NCBI GenBank assembly: GCA_040357565.1
Contig: JBDODJ010000048.1
DNA: 64,000 nucleotides
Origin: Cercozoa sp. M6MM
Taxonomy: Eukaryota > Protista > Endomyxa: Ascetosporea
Direction: 5' to 3' (one strand)
Below the pieces are notes generated by a model that was not told the origin of the DNA, did no database searches, and worked only from the letters and a program-made list of their open reading frames with translations. The position numbers and the translations under genes were made by a program. This document shows, one piece after another, positions 61,826 to 64,000 of this stretch (position 1 is its first letter; each line of letters opens with the position of its first letter).

Positions 61826-63423
61826 TCAAATGTCGTCAAGATCGTCAGCAAGCAGATCCGCGTCCAAGTCATCATCCAAAAACAACTGCGCGCAAGCAAA
61901 AATACAAAAAAAAACAGCTGGTGGCACAAGCAAAAAAACTGAAGGCCTACCGATTCATCGATCTGTTCGGCCACTTGCTCTGCACAATAACAACAAGACT
62001 CAGCGAGTGCGAAAACAGTACAATGCAGAAGCAGGAATGTACCGACAGGTCCACTTGAAACAGGAGCTTCGAGAGTGGCAGGCTCCTCGGTTTCCTCCGA
62101 CTCGCGCACCTCGTAGGTCTCGTCATCGGCTTCCTCGTCGTCAGCAAAGATGCCTGCACAGGTGCTCATGCATGTGGATGCAAAGAGAAACATAAGAACA
62201 GGCATACCACGCTTGATGGCATACAACTCGCGGCCCGTGAGAGCGCCCTTGTGACCTCGGCCGCCCTTCTTCTTGCCGCCCTTGGCCATCTTGTAGCGCG
62301 CATTCTCCTCGATCTGCTTTTGCTTCTCGGCGTTCTTTTTCCGCTTCCACTCCATGAAGACCTCGTGCGTCAGCGGAGCTGTGCACACAGGTACAGAGTG
62401 TGCAAGCATCACACAAGAGAGAGAAAGGATGCGAGCGTACTCAGCTTGCGGCCGTCCATGAGGAGAGAGCGCTGAGCGTCAAGTTTCTGCTCGAACAGCG
62501 GGTCGCGCTTGTACCTGCCAAAAATAAACACTGGTATCAAAATAAGGGATAGCGAAAGACACATGAGGTATGAAGTACACGTCAGCAAGTTCCTCTTCGG
62601 TGGGACCGTCGTTCTTCTCTGTTGCAACGAACAAGCAAGGGAGCGTACATCGTGTTATCAGTCAAGCCAAAGCAAAAAAAAAAAGAAAACGGTACTCTTG
62701 CCCTTCTTGCCCTTCTTCTTCTTCTTCTTGCCACCCAAGGCAGGGTTCGCGAGCGCCTCCTCCAGTCGCTTCTTCTCCTCGGCCTCCTTTTTGGCCTTCT
62801 TGTCGGCAATGGCCTGCACACACCGCGTCAGACAAGTGTGCTTTCCCATCAGCAAGAGCAACGAAACACAGAGACGCACCTTCATCATGGCAGTCGCCTC
62901 GGCCTGTGCTTGTCTTTGCAACTCTACTCACACAAGGCATGCAATTCTCGTGAATTTATATATCTAATATATATATATATATATATCTATATATATGTTG
63001 TTATGTGGGTGACAAAACAAACCCTTCTTGCGAGCCTTGGCCTCGGCCTTCTTGCGGTCAGCCTCGACTTGACCTGCGGAAACATGAACCAACACCAAAA
63101 GTAACTGCGCACAAAACCAGCACACAGGATAAGTGAGAAACGTACGCTTGTCGGTGAGGCCCTTCTTCATGACGGCAATGTGCTTCTGCGCCTTGGCGCC
63201 CTTCTTGTTCTTCATGCCGAACGTCTTGTCCACGATCGCCTTCTGCTCACAAAGAATACTCAAAAGTGCCGATTCACTCCAGAAGCTTCAAAAAAAGGGC
63301 AAGCACCTCCTTCTTCTTGCGATCCTTCGTCGACGTGGGCTTCTGCAACAACAAATCAAAATAATACAAGCTTGCCAGGACTGCTAGGGCAGGTATAATC
63401 ACCTTCTTGGGCTTCGGCGGCAT
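61826..63423 (-). CDS. ZC3H15: Tma46/ZC3H15 (DFRP1)-like DRG-GTPase partner, apparently without CCCH zinc fingers
   Basis: MPPKPKK...KAIVDKTFGMKNKKGAKAQKHI; DFRP C-domain KLTPLTHEVFMEWKRKK and ALTGRELY...IFADDEEA; end IDESLFLDDDLD...DDI*. Confidence 0.85.
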
Positions 63424-63737
63424 TTTGAGTCTTGCTGCAGGCAATGGTTTGGCAAAGGATTATTTTTCCGCCAATACAAATCTTAGGGAATTTGTACGCT
63501 CGCTGCGTCACAAAAAAACTCAAGTAATAAGCCGTCGTTCTAAGGGACGCGCTGACCTAAAATGTTGCACTAACACGTGCCTGAACAGAGTCCTGAGCTT
63601 AAGCAGGCCTTGCAGCGACTTTTCTTCATTTTTCATGTTCGTTTAAGGGGGCTGTCAATCTTGGGCGGAGCGAAGAACTGGAGACGCCAGTTGACCAGCG
63701 TGTGCGTGAAGCTGTGAACTATCTGCAATTAGTTACC

Positions 63738-63848
63738 ATGATGCGTCAGGTGGCCCGTCGTCTTGCATCGCGCAGCTTGTCTGTGCGTTCGATGCGCTTC
63801 TTCAGCGCCGACGCCGAGCTGCGCCCGGCGCTCACGCACTTCTCCGAG
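63738..63848 (+). CDS. First exon of a mitochondrial protein, probably short/branched-chain acyl-CoA dehydrogenase (continues beyond window)
   Basis: MMRQVARRLASRSLSVRSMRFFSA is an Arg/Ser-rich presequence. It is followed by LRPALTHFSE and a GT donor, resembling the ACADSB PL(Q/T)xF(T/S)EEE start. Confidence 0.55.
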
Positions 63849-64000
63849 GTAGGCGCGCTCACCTTGCGACGAAGCACTTGATGCTTTGTGGCACTTGACA
63901 TCTCGCTGTGCAGCTGTGCATTTGCTTTGCGTTTTGCTTTGCTTTTTGAAATCGAGTTGCTTTGCTTCGAAGATAAACTTGCTTTGCTTAACTTTGCTTT

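Noticed and set aside
1-64000. Most entries in the six-frame ORF track, including CVCVCV/THTHTH proteins
   Set aside because: Artefacts of microsatellites, alternative start codons, and exon fragments running into introns or antisense frames.
1-64000. Alternative genetic code or stop-codon readthrough
   Set aside because: Fully traced genes (ACSL, aldolase, VPS20, alpha-SNAP, VOC, p24) have no in-frame stops, and TAA, TAG and TGA all serve as terminators.
1-64000. tRNA, rRNA or snRNA genes; U12 (AT-AC) introns; transposase or reverse transcriptase genes
   Set aside because: GTTCGA-like words lack cloverleaf context, and no U12 donor or TE protein motif was seen in the parts traced. Not every intron of BRR2 and the large membrane genes was checked.

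Overview
Gene-dense, very intron-rich eukaryotic genomic DNA, probably from a protist (species not determinable). It uses the standard genetic code, with short ~50-85 nt GT-AG introns (rarely GC-AG) and three 100-N assembly gaps inside CA/TG microsatellites. The ORF track is largely uninformative because exons are tiny, so I assembled genes by hand from splice sites. Recognisable genes: COX17, VPS36, alpha-SNAP, BRR2/SNRNP200, a p24/TMED protein, a GNL3/Nug1 GTPase, a DEDDy 3'-5' exonuclease, long-chain acyl-CoA synthetase, VPS20/CHMP6, an SVOP-like MFS transporter, class I aldolase, a Tma46/ZC3H15-like protein and the start of an ACADSB-like gene, plus several unassigned secreted or membrane proteins. 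The most striking observation is at 34-3317, where a TFIIA large subunit (alpha + beta) appears to be spliced in frame to a divergent TBP-like core, giving a candidate natural TFIIA-TBP fusion. Also notable: a bacterial-type VOC/glyoxalase gene with six introns (HGT candidate) divergent from aldolase, a large type-I membrane protein with an ET-like cytoplasmic domain and basic tail, a Tma46 homologue lacking both CCCH fingers, and atypical GTAC-dominated 5' splice sites. All homology calls come from my recall of family motifs, not from database searches.
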